The notes below the pieces were generated by a model. That model searched no databases and was not told the origin of the DNA. It worked only from the letters and a program-made list of their open reading frames with translations. Below, piece by piece: positions 61,931-64,000 of a stretch of DNA of 64,000 bases. The DNA is taken from assembly GCA_010093815.1 (NCBI GenBank), contig ML996570.1. One strand, written 5' to 3'. This DNA is from Pseudovirgaria hyperparasitica (lineage: Eukaryota). Position 1 is the stretch's first letter; every line of letters starts with the position of its first letter. The position numbers were made by a program, and so were the translations under genes.

Positions 61931-63143
61931 TCATATATCATCATAAGTAATTAGATCTTCTCTTGACTCGGTCGGTGATAGAGGCCCATCTCCGACCTGT
62001 TTCACATTTTTCAACATGCTTCCCATGCCGCTACCCTTACGGCTTGTACGAAAGTCGCTGTTGCTACTGGCATCCTTCGACTTTGATCTGGCATACCGTC
62101 TGCCAGAGCCTTCCACTAGTTCAAAATCATTCGGCAAATGGGCACCCATTTGACCGGTCTGGAGCTCAGTGAAGAATTTGTGAAGGCTCGGAAGACTAGC
62201 AGTGATACACGAGGTATGTAGTACAATCTGGTTGATAGCTGTCAATGTGTTATTATACCAGGTCTTGTCCATTGTTTCGAGATAGCCGCCTAAAAGGATC
62301 AGAGATGCAATCGAGACGAAGCAGACCCTAGAGCCGTCAGCTACGGTCCAATCGCCGACCTGCTGAGTACCCACACGAGTCTCAATATGAACAAGGCCGA
62401 AATTGACAAACGGAGGCCGATGGCCATGTTCAAGTTCAGAATGACTGGCAGAATTACTGTTCCTAGGAGCAGATCGGTGATGATGTTCAGGACGGTGATT
62501 GGGTACCAGAGGTATCGCCCAGTCCGACAACGAGCATTTTCGAATATGTATCTCTCCGGTGAGCGACACATGAAGGCGACAGAAAAAACAGAAAATAAAG
62601 TCCAGATGGTGATTAAACCCGCAAGGACCCATACCCAGATCCGCATCTGCTTGCCTACGTTATCAATGCGTCCTGACAGGATGGCGACAGAAGCTTTTGC
62701 TAAAGCTTGTATGACTATGGACAAGAGATTTTGCGAATACGTCAGCTGAGATCATCAATTCTATCCTTTGTTGGTAATTATCGGTGACTTACTTTGAAGT
62801 AAGATCTGAGCATGCTACTAGTTAAGGTATCGATGTGACGGCCTAAACCATTGTTTACCGAATATTGCACCACAATCGCCTGCGGTACCAACATGATCTA
62901 GAAAATTAGAAATGAAATCATAGAGGCCTATATTGGACTCACATTTGCAGCGAGTAGTAAAGCATCACTGACATAGAACGCCCGTTTCTTGTAACCCAAA
63001 TTCATGTACAGCTGGGCAGCTGCAACGGATGCCGAGACACAAAGGAAAGTATACGTAACGACGACGACTAAGCCGCCCTGATCTGTCTCGTTGTAGAGAT
63101 ACAGGGGCGGATATGCACCACCATCGAGGTTGATGTCTGCCAT
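61931..63143 (-). CDS. PTH11-like (fungal rhodopsin-domain) integral membrane protein (4 exons)
   Basis: TM segments with SDALLLAAN, NGLGRH, QALAKASV, AFMCRSP, LNIITDLLL, LNM..RL..LFILRL, CITASLPSL; no CFEM domain seen. Confidence 0.85.
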
Positions 63144-64000
63144 ATCCGGCGGCACAGTCGAGCAGTCAAGACAGAAAGAAAGAATTTGAACACAAGAAAC
63201 AGTCTTTCAAGACCACAGGGCCCTGACGGCTTCATAACGTGCTCATTGTCGAGTTGACGATCCGACAGCTTGGAACAAGGCTGCGAAACAAAAGAAAAAC
63301 GCCTTCGCTACTGCTTTGCCCAGAGCCTGTCACCTCTTGTTGACGGTGGGTCTATTGGGGGGAGAAGCACGGCCAGTGGACGGTTTGCCTCGATGGCACA
63401 TCCATAGACACGACCAACAAGCAAGCATCCATGCACGCAGAAACGACATTTATGTACCATGATGTCCATCAACCAGGCAGACGTTTCGTGGATCGGTCGA
63501 CGCCGGGAGTGAGTTGCAGCCGGTATCCGACATGATGGGCGTGGTGGAAAGGAGGTCAAAGGACAAATGACAAGATATGATGCAGTTAGATGTTCTGCAG
63601 CAGTGTGCGCCGAGATGTTAATCAACAAAGCATGGAAGGATGTGTTTATTGATTGGATGGAGCGCGCTCGGCAGTTGTGGGTGGGTGGATGGTCGTCTGC
63701 ATTGTACAGTAAGACGGTACAGTAATATTACTCTGCATGTACACAATCAGGAGGCGGGATCTAAGCAGGGGATCCCGCCCGATAGCAGCCGTGTGGGGCG
63801 GAAGATATCAGCATAGGGAGCGCACATGTGAGCATTCAGACTCATCTACCCAGGTGAACATCGACCTACATACCAACAAATTCGACACAATATCACCAAT
63901 CATCAATTAACTTACTTGGACATAAGCACTTATGCGATATAGGCGTATCCGTATATCAGTTATGAAAAGCGCAGAGATGAGCATGCATATATAGGAGTGG

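Noticed and set aside
63753..63779. 9-bp inverted repeat GGCGGGATC/GATCCCGCC upstream of the PTH11-like gene
   Set aside because: Too short for a MITE, no target-site duplication; may be a binding site but cannot be supported.
1..64000. tRNA genes, TPP riboswitch, transposase or reverse-transcriptase ORFs
   Set aside because: None recognised by eye; tRNAscan-SE, Infernal and a repeat library search would be needed to exclude them.

Overview
Gene-dense, intron-containing genomic DNA from a filamentous ascomycete (Pezizomycotina; short ~45-130 nt GT-AG introns with CTRAC-type branch points). I can support about 27 protein-coding genes, most split by introns so that the ORF track shows only fragments, and one dispersed 5S rRNA gene (11402-11520). 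Most of the window is housekeeping: LYAR-type zinc finger, SAM+HMG-box protein, LSM5, F-box protein, CSC1/OSCA channel, PCH2, STK19-like, MPC1, POL31, taxilin, CYM1, PAN1, MRI1, MFS transporter, mS29/DAP3, RRS1 and a HIRAN-SNF2-RING helicase. Less ordinary content: a cellulose-synthase-like processive GT2 with an extra-long catalytic-domain insert; two divergent nitronate-monooxygenase paralogues, one ending in SKL; and, at the right end, an accessory-looking block of a secreted PLA2-like protein, a GNAT, an aldehyde-reductase-like SDR with Phe in place of the catalytic Tyr, and a PTH11-like membrane protein. Two small spliced genes missed by the ORF track were reconstructed by hand (889-1510, 42621-42905). 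No transposase, tRNA or CRISPR array was recognised, and I cannot establish a new multi-gene system from sequence alone; the best candidates are listed as findings. All family assignments come from motif recognition, not database searches.
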